Shown here piece after piece: positions 36,004-48,793 of a DNA stretch of 64,000 bases. Origin of the DNA: Lobosporangium transversale (lineage: Eukaryota); contig NW_019029011.1 in the NCBI RefSeq assembly GCF_002105155.1, positions 62,001 to 126,000 of the forward strand, in the 5' to 3' direction. Every line of letters starts with the position of its first letter. Position 1 is the stretch's first letter. The notes under the pieces were generated by a model. That model was not told where the DNA came from, did not search any database, and saw only the letters and a list, made by a program, of their open reading frames with translations. The position numbers and the translations under genes are program-made.

Positions 36004-38094
36004 TCATGTACGGAAGATGCTGGTGGGTTGGCCATTTGGAACAGATGGCTTCCTATAGTGTGGGTGATTGGGATTGCTGGATCGCGTCATGGAGGAGGTA
36101 GGCGCCAGTGTTGCATTGGAAAACAGGGGTGAAGGAGGATGAGGAGATGCAGGGCCATTTAGTGATGTAGGTGTCAACATGGATGCAGGTGTTAACAGTG
36201 GTGAGCCTCGGATTGTGGATCCACCTGCAGAACTTCCGGTATGATGATACTGGGGGTGTTGTTGACCATCGTGGGTCACATAAGATGGTTGAAAAGTAGA
36301 GCAGTTGTGGTGCTCATGTAATGGTATATTTGCGTGCTGAGGCAGTTGATGTTGATGTGGGTGATGTGAGTGTGGATATGAAGGGTTCAGGAAATGTGGT
36401 GGTGGCGTTCGAATACCGAGATTGTATCGGAAAACCTGAATGATCTCCTCCAGATCCTGTTGACGGTTATTCGGGTCCTCATCCCATGCCTTTGTATATA
36501 CATCGTGGTACCAATCAGGTGTGCCTTCTACCCTGTTTTCCCTTGCTCCAGGCGTAAACAATGAGGGGTCTTTAAAAGGATAGCGTCCAGCCATAATGAA
36601 CCAGTAGAGGACACCTAAGGCGAAGATGTCGCAGCGAACATCATACCTCGGTCTGTTCTTGCACATGCGCTCCGGAGCTATAAACTGCCAGACACCTCCA
36701 AACTGTTGACTTGAGAATGCCTTCTTGCTGTCACGTAAACGTCGCAAGCCAAAGTCAGTCAATTTTGCAAGATATCGCCCCTGTTGGGGCGTAGGATCTC
36801 TTCTTTTATCGATCAAGATGTTCTTGGGATGAAGATCCCCGTGATGGAAGCCGCATTTGAATAAATGATCGAGTCCCATAGCAATGTCGAGGGCCAGATA
36901 TATTTTATCGTTGAGTGTTGGTGCTTCAAATGAATTATTGGGCATTTCCATCAGTTTGACGAGATCTCCAAGTTGGTAGAACTGCATGATCATGAAGCGC
37001 TCTCCGTTTCTCTCATCATCGGAATTTCTTATAGCTACCCCGTAGAATTGGACAATGTTTTCATGGTTCCTACATTGGTTCATGACTTCAACCTGCACGT
37101 TTGTTAAAAATACTTGCCATGAGCTACTTTTTTGTGTCCACCAGCCATACATAGAAAAAAATTGTAAAAGACGAACCTCTTTGTCGAACAGTTTCGCAAG
37201 TTTTTCAGTTGTTTGCTTTGTATCTATGAGACGCTTGAGAATAACAATAGTTTGTTGTAGGGGCCAAAATGCTCTTCGGATCTCACCATTGCCTCCCTTT
37301 GTGACCCACTGACGCTGCGTGAACTCTGAGTGGTAATCGTACACAGGCACAGGCTGAAGAGCAACAGGCCTGATTACATTGAGCACAGACGCTAAAAAAT
37401 AATCACTGTCCGTGGACTCTACACTATCTATGTCTGTTACAGCTACTATATCCTTTGGCGCCATGGAAGGCGAAGGCAACGGTTGTGCAAATACCAGGTG
37501 GCTAGCGTGAGCATTGTCATTCATGGCTCGAGAGGTGGTCGAGTTGCCAACATCTGAGAACTCTAGGCTAGGCATCTGAGTCTCTGCCGTCTGGCTCTGT
37601 CCCTGACCAGTCGCAGGCGTGATCGAGTGAGTTTCAGTTGCCTGCCATGTTTGCTGGATAGGATGATGCATAGGATGGAGCTGGTTATAGACTTGACCAT
37701 GTGGGGGCTGGTGCTGGTAATGAATGACGGGATGACGCAGGTCTTGGGGACATGTTTGCTGTTGGCCCTGATATTGCTGGTGTAACTGCTGCTGAAGTTG
37801 TTGCAGCTGCCCAGGTGATGCAGCTTGAGAAAAACTTGGACGACGTGGATAAGATGGTAAATGTGGTTGTGGTTGTGGTTGTAGGAAGTTTTGTTGATGC
37901 GTTTGCTGAATCTGTTGCTGGTAGACATGTTGCTGTACAAGACGATCGTCTTCTGGACGGGCATAGCGATGGGTTTCAAATGTTTGTGAGTCAAGGTCCA
38001 TCACATCACTGCGAGTGGTCATTGCAGAATGAGTGAGACCAGGCGCCATGTCAGCAGTCTGTGTGGTTGAGTAGTTTTGGCCCGAGGGATACAT
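36004..38094 (-). CDS. Protein kinase (TKL/tyrosine-kinase-like appearance) with Q/H/P-rich flanks; one intron (37176-37093)
   Basis: KGGNGEI, VILK, HENIVQFYGVA, HHGDLHPKNIL, LTDFGL, FIAPE and DIFALGVL; likely ATG at 38094. Confidence 0.9.
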   Translation of the reverse strand: MYPSGQNYSTTQTADMAPGLTHSAMTTRSDVMDLDSQTFETHRYARPEDDRLVQQHVYQQQIQQTHQQNFLQPQPQPHLPSYPRRPSFSQAASPGQLQQLQQQLHQQYQGQQQTCPQDLRHPVIHYQHQPPHGQVYNQLHPMHHPIQQTWQATETHSITPATGQGQSQTAETQMPSLEFSDVGNSTTSRAMNDNAHASHLVFAQPLPSPSMAPKDIVAVTDIDSVESTDSDYFLASVLNVIRPVALQPVPVYDYHSEFTQRQWVTKGGNGEIRRAFWPLQQTIVILKRLIDTKQTTEKLAKLFDKEVRLLQFFSMYGWWTQKSSSWQVFLTNVQVEVMNQCRNHENIVQFYGVAIRNSDDERNGERFMIMQFYQLGDLVKLMEMPNNSFEAPTLNDKIYLALDIAMGLDHLFKCGFHHGDLHPKNILIDKRRDPTPQQGRYLAKLTDFGLRRLRDSKKAFSSQQFGGVWQFIAPERMCKNRPRYDVRCDIFALGVLYWFIMAGRYPFKDPSLFTPGARENRVEGTPDWYHDVYTKAWDEDPNNRQQDLEEIIQVFRYNLGIRTPPPHFLNPSYPHSHHPHQHQLPQHANIPLHEHHNCSTFQPSYVTHDGQQHPQYHHTGSSAGGSTIRGSPLLTPASMLTPTSLNGPASPHPPSPLFSNATLAPTSSMTRSSNPNHPHYRKPSVPNGQPTSIFRT

Positions 38095-39249
38095 GACCCT
38101 GGGATGGGACGAAGGGATCAAAAAAAGAACGAGGTTAAGTAAAGAGAAAGTTTGTAATGGAATGAATGGAATGTAGAAGGTGAGAATTGTTTCTGGATGG
38201 ATGCAGTTATTGGAAGATTAGATGTAGAAAGCAAAATAATCCAAAAAAGAGCTCAATGGAGACTCGCACAAATATCGCATCCATACAAACTTTCCTCCTC
38301 TCTTCTTTCTTGAATAGCGTGACAGCAATTATATACTGGGTCGAAATGGAAATGAAACAAGCAGCATTAGGTGAAAAGGAGTGTTTGCATTTGGCTGCAG
38401 TTTGAAAAATAAAACTGCATTCACTAAGGGCAGAGCCATAAAGAAAGTGCAATTCACGATGGATTTCGACCTGCACTAGTAGAACAAGTCGAACCTAATG
38501 ATATTTAATTCCTCTTCTTAAATGCTGCTATTACTTTCAGAGAAGCTCTTCGCATGTATTGCCGCTTAAAGAGAGCATGATGGGAACATTGATATTAGAC
38601 AACATCCATGAGCATGTAAACATGTAAATTGCATTTTTTTATGAATACAGATGACTATCAACTAATGGTACCGTTAACCTAGTCGAGCCTTGTCACAAAG
38701 GCCTTAAGCAGCTTTTAGGCAAGCAGCGCAACCTTCATGCCAACGGGTTGATGCGTAAAAAGTGTCGACAGAGATATCAGGCCAATTGAACTTTCAGAGA
38801 ATGCGTTCGAAAGTGCAATGGTAGGCTTGTAGGCATTTAAATCTTGCCCTTGGCTTTCTGTCCATATCAAAAAAACACCGCGCTACCTCTTGGGCAATAT
38901 ATTTCGCGGCATCTATGTCTCTAGCTGCAGGCATCTGGGGGCATACATCAAGAAGAAATAAGAGGGGAAAAAAGAATCGGGATGGTTCCTTTATGGTAAC
39001 GAAAAAAGACTGGCCATCCTTTAGATAAAATTAGGAAGCATTTTGGAAATTTGGAGGGGTCACCCTAACTAAAGAATGCTGTTCGTGAGATGACATAAGC
39101 GCATGTTGCTAAAGCAGTATGAAACCAACGACCTGATGTTACTTTAATCTCTTTTATCTCAAACAGTTTTATTCCTTTATCCAAAGCGGCAACGAAACCT
39201 CAAATAGACTAGCGATGCGTTGTAACTGAGTACATTTACTATTTTTCCA

Positions 39250-42200
39250 CTATTTGTTACTAATGTTGCTATCGCTGCCTTCTAAACTCTTTGTCACATC
39301 CAAGATCTTGGTCTCTCCTAAATGTATCCGTTCCTCAGGCTTCGATAAGTTATGTTGTCGACATTCTTGCAAGACAACATCATTCTCACGTAGTATATTG
39401 ACAATCTCATCTGCAAGCAAGCCATTCTTTACATCCTCTTCACCTTCCTCCTCTTCAGTAATTACATCTTCGTCATCTAAAAGTAGACTTTTATCAATGT
39501 CTATAGTCCTATTCGCTTCCATGGCCAGATTTGTACTTTCATTTGCCATCTGACTTTCTTTCTCCGCTACTGCTTGGTAAATTAGATCTTGGAATCGCTG
39601 ATTGAGTGAGCAATCCTTGACTACCCTACTCACTTCCTCAAGCGTCTCTTCCGTGGTTTTGTCGCCTTCATTGAACGCTGTCACCACTAATAATACCAAT
39701 GAAAATAGAATGCAAGAAGCACAAAAAAATGTATTATTTAGTGTAAACCCTTGTTCCTTCGTTGCCATATTTCTCTGGCTAGACCAGTTCCGCCTACCTC
39801 TGGCAAACATTCCAAACGAAGTGCTATCCATTGAATCGCGAATCTCTTTGTATAGTGTCGTGAAGGCATTGGCATCGATGCCATCAGTCCTTCGGGAGTT
39901 ATCTTCATGAATAGTAGTAGTCGCATGAAAATTCGATTTCTGGAGTTTGGAGCTGGATTCATGCCCAGTAATCTGTCCTGACCCGGAATATCTACGCTGG
40001 TAATGAAGATGGTCGCTTCGATCGCTTGTGGAGCGCGAAGCCGACCTACGGTAACCCTCGTCGTCTGTTTGGCGTGAATCATATCGTATATGTACATGTA
40101 CTGCTTTTTTGGAGGCATAGTCCGCTTCTATCTCCAACTTTTGCTGTTCTTCTTGTTGACGGAATAGCTCTATGGCAGCTGGCGAAAGATCTCTCATGAA
40201 CATTTTTTCTGGATCAGATGTGATTGACCGCTGTTTGGTATCGACTTGCGAAGGATCAGTAGTGTCCAATTTTGACTGCAATACTAGAGAACCTTCTGAA
40301 ATACCTTGGTGTCTTTCGCTCTGAACTGTAGACAGAAGTGGTGTGTCTCCTAAGGGATTTGTCACTTGTGCCACAGAGGTCCTAATATCTAAACTGTGCT
40401 CTCTTCGCTGGGGTTTTTGTCGCGCTGTCCGGACATTGATAGAGCCACCTATCGAAGAAGCAGCCGTGCTGCTCGAAGTCTGGGGAGGGGACGATGCAGA
40501 TGAAGAAATGGAAGATAAAGATGCCAGCGCTGTTGTTGTGACTCTTGATGAAGAGAGAGCAGTCTTTGTAAGAAGCGAAGGAGGTGAAGCACCGGAATGT
40601 CTCCTGGAAGTGTTGGCTGAAAAAGAGGCGATTCCAGGGTGTTGGCGTCTCGAAGTCGTTGAAATGGTATTTCTTTTACTTCTTAGGCCATCTACCAAAT
40701 TCTGTTTGGTTATGTATTTGTGGTCGCTCGAGGAATTATCCGGATGAGTTGTTGCGCCACTGTGATATGCTGTTGTGTCTCTATTCTGACGTAAGGGAGA
40801 GCTTGTTGAATACTTCTAGTGGCCATAAAATTGTGAGTATCAGCCGAATCCAATGTCAACTCCAAGATGACTTGTGCAAGTAGGAGAAAAATTATCAAGC
40901 AAAAAAAAAAAAAGAAAAAAAACTCACTGTTGTTCTAGAATGAAGCATAGTACTAGGTCTCTTTACCTGTAACGTGAAGACAAGAAGGGGTATTAACAAT
41001 CGGCCGATGTGGTTTAAGCAAACAGTGGTTTAAGCAAACAGTGCCGCCACTAGATAACTTACAACGGATTCGGTTGATGCACGAGGACGCGATGCTGCCA
41101 TCAGAGACGAGCTCTTGAACGTGCTCGATATAGCTGATGGGACATTGCTTGCTTTTTGTCCCATGATAAACTGATCCTCCTTTGTTAACCGTGGCAGATG
41201 CTCTGTGTTGTCATCCAGTATGAACGAGCTTGTGTCACCATTGGCTACGGCATTATATCCTAAATCTCCATTCTCTGCATCGGCCTCAATAGTCTCTAGG
41301 ATAGATCGTTCCAGCTGTGTTAAAGTGGCCCCTGAGTGTTGATCTACCATCGACACTATGGCCTGTATGTAAAATAACCAGAAAATGGAAAATAGTCAAA
41401 TGTGATGTTCCTTCTAAGGATTTTACAAGAGGCATCGTGTGTTCGTAGGCTGCGAACAGATTATGTACTTGCCTTCCGAAATGTTTCAAGCTGAGCCATC
41501 TATGGTGTCCGTGATTTGTAGTAAAAAAAAGGGGGTAAGTGTCCTGCGCTTTGGTCGCTGGGTTGTAGGTACCTTTGTGTGAGTAAATACATATACCTCT
41601 TTTTGAAGGGTGACGTATTTTTTTTCTACTTGGGCTAGTTCTGTAGCCATAACCGTCATCTTTGTTGATGAGTAATTGAAGCGTTACACAGAAGAGCTGG
41701 GTCAATTGGCGGGGAAAGCACATTTTGAGTAAACTGATAGTCGTACTAGCTAAGACAGAACACCAACCTGAACACTTTGTTCCTCAGAGATCCACTTCCA
41801 TGTGCTAACTTCATCTAAGAGAGCTTGATATTTGTCCTCGTATGCCTGTTGAATCAGTTTTATACCAGTCTTAAACTGCATTCCACAAAAAAACAAAAGT
41901 ATAATACTGTTTAATAATAAAGACACAAAAAGGCGAGAGCCACTGATCTGCAAATCAGTTTAGAAGAAAGGATCAGGAATACAACATGGTAGTGGCGATG
42001 ACCCATCTTGAAGAATCTTTTTTTCTAAAAAAAATGAGCCTTGCTTCATTTGTCAACAAGATAGTACATTCAAAATCGTAGTAGAGTATGCAAACTTTTA
42101 GCATCCACTTCCTCTTTTTTTGTCATAATGCGTATTCGGTAGTGAAATATGGTTGATTATCGAGAAGGAAGTATGTAGTTGGATATCTCTGTAATCTTCG

Positions 42201-42802
42201 ATAGACTGCGACTAAAGGTCTGTTCATATGACGGAGGATTGATCGAAACTTACGTTTGTATCTGCATCTGTAGAGGAGCGGCTGGTATTGCTTTCATCCT
42301 CAGAGCGTTTTTGGACAGCGATCCGTTCAGCAACAATCGCGTCATATCTGGTGAGAGAGCTGCTTTGAGCACTACCATTGTGGTGTGAATATCGCAGTTC
42401 CTCTTTACGATGCCCAATGATATCGCCATCTTCGTGATATAGTTCTTTTCCAATTCTGGCGGTCGCCTTACAGGCATGTTTGTTATTGCTGCTGATGCCG
42501 CTGCCGTACTTCCTATTGTGCGTACCATGTTCAGTCAAAGCCCCTGCAGAGACAGAACTGGCTCGAGTGCTAGAGGTGGAATTAAGAGTGTTTTTACTGT
42601 GACTAATGTTGTTGCTAGTAGAAGGGGTATTAATAGTAGAATTAACGTTCTTAGAGGAAGAACGTAAAGAATTAGCCAGTGAAACGGATGAGGGCTGATG
42701 TGAGGATGAATGGGAAATGGAGACAGGAGTAGATGCAGAAGCGCTAGAACCAGATATCCGTGACCTCCCAGTAGGTCCACGGACGCGGTCCAAGATGGTC
42801 AT
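39250..42802 (-). CDS. Multi-exon coiled-coil protein with a C-terminal helical domain resembling the At4g15545/NAIP-like family
   Basis: Spliced LQKEMAQLETFRKAIVSMV coiled coil and C-terminal LYKEIRDSMDSTSFGMFARVVTAFNEGDKTTEETLEEV...RFQDLI. Includes a 27-nt exon and a GC-AG intron. Confidence 0.6.
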
Positions 42803-43060
42803 GAAGTAATATGAATTAAAGCTAAATGTGAAGAATGAGTTGAAATGTGAAAACCAAGAAAGTAAAGTTACAAAAAAAGTGCAGGAGAAATTTAAGCGTT
42901 GAAACTGCCACTTTTGACATGACAGGAATGTGGTCACGAAGAACAGAGCACAGAGAGCACAGCATTTAAAAAAAACTCTTTAATAAAAATGAGCTCTGTC
43001 CAACACCCATCTTCAATTATGATAGATATTATAGTGAATGTGTGTGCTGATCAGTTTGAA

Positions 43061-43524
43061 TCACTTGGCGGTTGATGGCGGCTCGGCGCTAGCAGTGGCT
43101 AATGCAGAGATCAGCTCGGAGTCAGCGTCTGACATCCCGGGAATACCACCACCTTGTTTCATTTCGTTAACCATGTAATGCAACTTCGCTTTGATTGCTT
43201 TCTTTTCATCGTCTGTCAACGCTGTTGCATAATAATTAATATATATTTGAGAAAGAACACGATGATCAGTCCTATTCATTTGCTCTTTACAAAATGATTC
43301 AAGTAATGAAGCGTTATGGAGAGAAATATCGTACGCAATATGGCATAGGTGCGCTCCATTAGTTGATTAGGAGAAGACTCTGGATCAATAGGGATGCACA
43401 CAGGATAGGGAGCATCTGTCCTAAAGGACATGGGAGGATCGAGTGAGAGCACAAAGTCAAAGGCTTCTTGGACATTCGGAAACTCGATCACCTCTCTTGA
43501 GATGTTTATTAGACGGACAGGCAT
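43061..43524 (-). CDS. Small hypothetical protein (about 118 aa), two exons
   Basis: MPVRLINISREVIEF...ERTYAIL splices (GTACGA...CAACAG) in frame to PLTDDEKKAIKAKLHYMVNEMKQGGG...AK*. Confidence 0.65.
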
Positions 43525-43907
43525 GCTTCTGTGATTGATGGTTGGTTAATTGTTTGGAAATGAATAATCTGATGTGGAGGTTGACGTGTGTTGCACATGG
43601 CATTGTGGCTGCATCAAGATTTTGCGTGCTACCACTTTTTTTTTTTAGATTCCTTGGATTTGGATTTGACATCATTCTTCTGCCCCGTTCCATTCCATCT
43701 GTGTGTCTCCCCTTCTTTCTTATTTATAAAATACTTCAACTAACAAGCAGGTACCTTTTTGATACCCTTTGTTGACACCCCATTAAGACCTGAAGCTTGA
43801 AAGCGGGTATGGTTGCCAAGCACCTGAACTTCGCTAACATCAGCCCCATTTCGGTGTAGATGAAATCTCCTTGACGTCCTATCACTGGAGCTTCCGTTAC
43901 TTTCAAT

Positions 43908-45709
43908 ATGGTTGATCATTCCACCAGTGGCTCTTTACAAAGGCAGTCTGGACAACAGCACCATCACCCATCTTATCAATACCGTCAGCATTATCACCAG
44001 GACATTCACGGCCCGCTCTCAGCGAGCATTGTTGAAGGTGGTCATCGTCCTTTTGCTGGGTTTCATGGGGGCCCACTCCACCGCCCTTTGCATCCCGCTT
44101 CCTCTAACTCAATCTCCTCAACGCTGGCTGTTACACCATTATCCTCCACATCTACTTCTAATGACCCTTCACGGCCCAACATATCTGTTTCTGACATTCT
44201 AGAGCGCTACCATGATGCCAGCAAAGAGTTTTTAATTTCAGTGTTGAATGCCAAGGCAAAAGAGGACGAGGTCTGTTTAGTTTGGATGAGTTTGAAAGTT
44301 GGAAGATTTTGACCGCTTTCATTTGATAAATTGATCCGTCTCATTATGTTAATCAATTATAACATTATCACTGCCTCTTCCAATAGCGTAAGGCAGAAGA
44401 GGAGCGATACAAGACAGAAAGAATTATCCTTCAGACGAAACAGATCGAATTGGATCTGGCTGTTGAGAAGCGTTGTGGATCCCCTCCAGCAGGCAAGTCG
44501 ATTCATATCACAGATACAATTACATCCTCCTAAATACAATGCTTTCTCTTTTGGAAGCTAGTCATCAACGGCATACCTTTAATCACGCTACGACCAATTC
44601 CAACTAAAAGATATAAAAACTCTTGTTTTTAACCAGCTCGTCCTTACCATGCATCAGCATCAGCGTCCTCAGGACATTATCCGTCGACGACTTCATATTA
44701 TGGTAGTAATAACAATTCGCTATATGGTTCAGTAGGAAACAATCGCCCACATTCGACAGGAAATAGTGTTACCAAGCACTCGCATCAGGACCATGTCACC
44801 GCTCATCCAGCTCAGGAACCTCTAGATCATATTTCACAACCAACGCATCAGAGCGCTGCTCAGTATTCGCGCCACGACCTCCGCGCAATGCAACCTAGTC
44901 CTCAGAGCCGCCCACCATCCCTCAAGATCAATACCTCAGTACAGCAGTATCATTCACCATCTCAACACCCTTCCCAGCCTCAGTCGCAGTTACAGTCATC
45001 TTCTCAGCGTCAACCCTCTTCTCCACGTTCAACTTTGCCTCCGATCCACACTGGAAACCCGTCTTCCAAGGCATCATCTTCAGGACGCCATTATGGTCTT
45101 CCATCCATTAATTCGTCCGCTCAGTCATCTCCAGTTGCTATAATGGATCATCAATCTCATGTTCTACCGCCTCTAACTCCTAAGGATGAGCATGAATCTC
45201 CTACTTCGACACTTTCGCCTACATCGCACCTAAAGAGGAAATCGGTCAATCACGATGCAGTCATGGACGCTGTCCGAGCAAAAGTATTCAGAAATGCCTC
45301 AGGCCAAAATCAACAGCAGCAACAAAAAAAAGTAGTTGCGGCTGAATCAGAGCGTGAGAATGCTATCCGTCGGAAAACGACCTATGTAGAAAAAGCAACT
45401 GAAACACAGAAAGCTTCAGGTAATGCTGAACAGAGGTTGGATGAAAGATTTACTGAGATCAAAGTAGAGGGGCCATCACATTCAACTCTTCCTTTGGTAG
45501 CTTCTTCACCCAATTCGCCATCCTTTGGGAACAGCCTAACCCTGGGAACGGCGGCATCTATAGCGACAGTATTAGAAAGCTATGGCTCAGATAGTCGTTC
45601 TGGATCTCCGCCAGCTCCTAAGCTGCATCACAGCGTTAGTAAGCTTCAATCGCTACAGCTCTCGCAAGTAGCGACCACTACATCCGACATGACTGAAGGA
45701 ACAGAATAG
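43908..45709 (+). CDS. Hypothetical Ser/Pro/Gln-rich protein with a short conserved-looking coiled coil, three exons
   Basis: ISVSDILERY...LISVLNAKAKEDE|RKAEEERYKTE. The second intron (44493-44636) is GC-AG and joins in frame to the 44888 ORF; HDAVMDAVRAKV motif. Confidence 0.7.
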
Positions 45710-45897
45710 CTTCCGTGAATGTATTCTTTTTATAATGAAATCTACTCTTTTTTATGTCGGTGAGGTCACCAAAGCCCTTAAATTTTGGATCACACCGAAG
45801 GGTATGTATTTGCAATACACTAAAATAAATAATAGTAATAATAATAATAACAATATCACCAATTTATTATTACTCTATATTCTGGCGAATGCAGGAG

Positions 45898-48563
45898 TTA
45901 TGTTGAGACATCTTTACTTTTCCTTGACCGATCATAGCTTGCTCTGGTTGAATATAACTGGAACCATCGCTCAAAATCATTAAGGTCAATTTGCGTCGGA
46001 TCATCCTTTTTCGTACTCCATGAAGATCCTGCAATTGGGCTTGTGCTGAACAACTCCAAAAGATCGCCACCCATCTCCATTTTAGCTGCTTCAATCTGGT
46101 TTGCAATCTGTCCTTGATTCTGTGGTGGAAATCCTATTCTACTATTTGCTCGAGGTCCTGTAACGGTCGTGGTCGTATTATCTTCTGGTGATAGAGAGAT
46201 AGGCGCTAAATTATCCATATTCTTCTCAGTCTTAAAGTCCTGTCCATAATTCTGGTCATATGCAAGCTTCTCAAGAATCTGAATAAGACCACGTGTCCGA
46301 CTCATCATATTGACTAGTTTGGACAGTTCGCCTTTGCTAATGGGGGTGTTTTCGTTGTTATCATTTCGTCTATTATGCTCCTCAAGCACCCATGAGACAA
46401 CGATGGCATTCATCTTGGGCGTCGGTTTGAGTGAATAGTGATCTATCAACGCTTGAAGTGCTACTGTTGCGCCTGCATAATCATGCCAGGCAAAAAAGGC
46501 TCGTAAAATGTTGGAGTAGAGCGAGCGACTAGGTCGGATCCCGACAATAATCATATCTCGGAAAAGAGTCCTTGGGTTTAAAAATTCCGTTGTTGAGGGA
46601 ATTTTGTCAAATTGATAATGCTTCTTCACAATGCAAGGGTTAGACGAGGGCCGACTAGGTGCTGCAGACGTACTGATAGTTCGACTTCCATCATTCTCCA
46701 ATGTAGGCCTAAAAGATTGGCCAATAGGTTCTGAGATTTTATTCAAGAACCTAAGGTCATTCAGCACTGTGCCTTCGCCTTGAAGACCTTCGCCTCCTTC
46801 TAGTCGCGCCTTATCACTGTGAAAGATGGCATTAAACATGCAAGTAAACGAGATTTGATCCACACCAATGGATCGGTCATTGAGCATGGATTTATATAGC
46901 TGTAAACACCGCCTTTCCATCCTCCCTTGTTCATAAGCCATTAAAAGATAATTACAGACAGCAAGGTCAGGCTGAATTCCATCGCGTAGCAACTGTCGAA
47001 AGAGAGCCTCAGCATGCCGGGGCATTCTTTGTTGTGCAAAAGATTGCATTAAAAGCACATATGTTGACCTATCTGGTCTAACTCCTGAGCGCCTCATCTC
47101 CTGAAGCCAGTCAATAGCTTTATCCATCTCCCGAAGGCGAATATAGCAATGCAAAATGCTGTTGTATTCATTAACCCGAGGCACACATCCATAGTTGCCT
47201 ATCAGTCCCTTCGCCAGGATTGCACCATCTGCATCACCCTTCTTAGCAAAACTGGTCAAAATCGACTTGAGAATCCGCTGATCAAAAACAGGTTTCTCAC
47301 TCGAAATCATTTTTTCATGAACTGCCTGCAGGAACAGACTCCTGTCACTTGGATATTGGATTTCTGCTACCGCGAGGCTCAACATCAGGTCCAATGACTC
47401 GATATTGGAATCGATACCAAGACGTGGCAGAGTATCGTACACCTCTTGAGCATACAAACTCTCCCGACTTGCAACACATGCCCTCAAAATACCGTTCACA
47501 GTCTCAATGCTCTCAAGACTTTCGTCAGCCAACATTTCTTTCCAGAAACCGAGCGCCTCTTTTTTGTATCCTGCAATGAGGCATTTTTGAATCAGATACC
47601 CAAGTGTAAATTCGCTTGGCTTAATATTGAACCGCTTTCGCGCCTCGTGAATGACTTTCGCTGCAATATCAAGTCGATTAAGGCCCCCCCACGCCCGCAC
47701 GGCATGATTAAGTAAAATAGGATCTACCTTCACATTTCCTGCAATAAGCTTCTTGAACTCATCCAATGCCTCTTCAAAACGCCCCACTCCATTTAATGCG
47801 GACATCAGGTCGCTAAAATCCCATCGCGTCAATGACTGTGCCAGTGAGCGCTTGTCATTGATGACAGTGACAATTCTAGCATGCCAAATTTCCTTCGCAG
47901 AATTGACTCCTTTGTAGGCTATCTCGTCGTTAACACTGATGTGATCACAACGTGCCTCGTTTGGATTGCATTTTTTGGCAGCATCTTTAAAATAAATAAT
48001 GAGAAGCCTAATAACATCGTTTGATAATAAACGAAGATCCTTGTGCGACCTGCGAATCACATAGTAGGCATCCCATATTGCATGAGCATTGTTTGGATCC
48101 TGAAGTGCAGTATGTAGCCGCGAAAAATTAGTGAGCTGCGTCCGATCCAAAACGTCCCCTACTCTATGGTAATAGTCTCCTGGAGAGAGATTCGTGATAC
48201 GGCTGAGTAAAACATCAATACTGCTGGCTGTCGCAGAGATAAATTCTTGTGATGATTGAGGTCTTTTAAACCTCCTCCGATGGGAGCCAATGTCTTTCCT
48301 GGATACTGATGGAGGACGAACATTACTATCGTCTGTGGTAGTGATAGCAGTGGTGGTAGTACTGTATGAATTAAGAGAGAGACCGATTGTTGGTTGGGTA
48401 TCGTGAACGAAGATGTAATTTTGGTATGGATGAAAGGCTGCAACGTGATAGAAGATGTTGGGCAACATCTTAGTGATACAAGAAGCTGTCGTGAAGATAC
48501 TCCAAGTGTTGCTTGTCTAGCTGATGTTTTTACGATTGATAAAGGTAGTCTTCTGTGCTGCAT
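45898..48563 (-). CDS. Pentatricopeptide repeat (PPR) protein, probably mitochondrial; apparent frame break near the 5' end
   Basis: PPR repeats such as YNSILHCYIRLREMDKAIDWLQEMRRSGVRPD and TYVLLMQSFAQQRMPRHAEALFRQLLRDGIQPD in ORF 48468-45898. A presequence-like N-terminus starts at ATG 48563 in another frame. Confidence 0.88.
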
Positions 48564-48793
48564 GTTTGTGAGTGATAAAACAGACGTTGCAGAGAAGAAA
48601 GAGGTGAATTGTAACAGCTTTTTTTGCCAAGTTTAGAAGTCAACGGAGTAGGACTGTTAATTCGTTTTGTCAAAACATTCTGTCCTGACATCAGTCTCTG
48701 TCACGACAGCAACCCATTTGTAGTATTGTTAGAAATCTAGACATCAACAAAAATACGTTGAAGGCTGCAATGTTAATGTTAAATTATTATAAC

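Noticed and set aside
41009..41043. 16-bp tandem duplication GTGGTTTAAGCAAACA x2
   Set aside because: Lies in an intron and looks like ordinary slippage.
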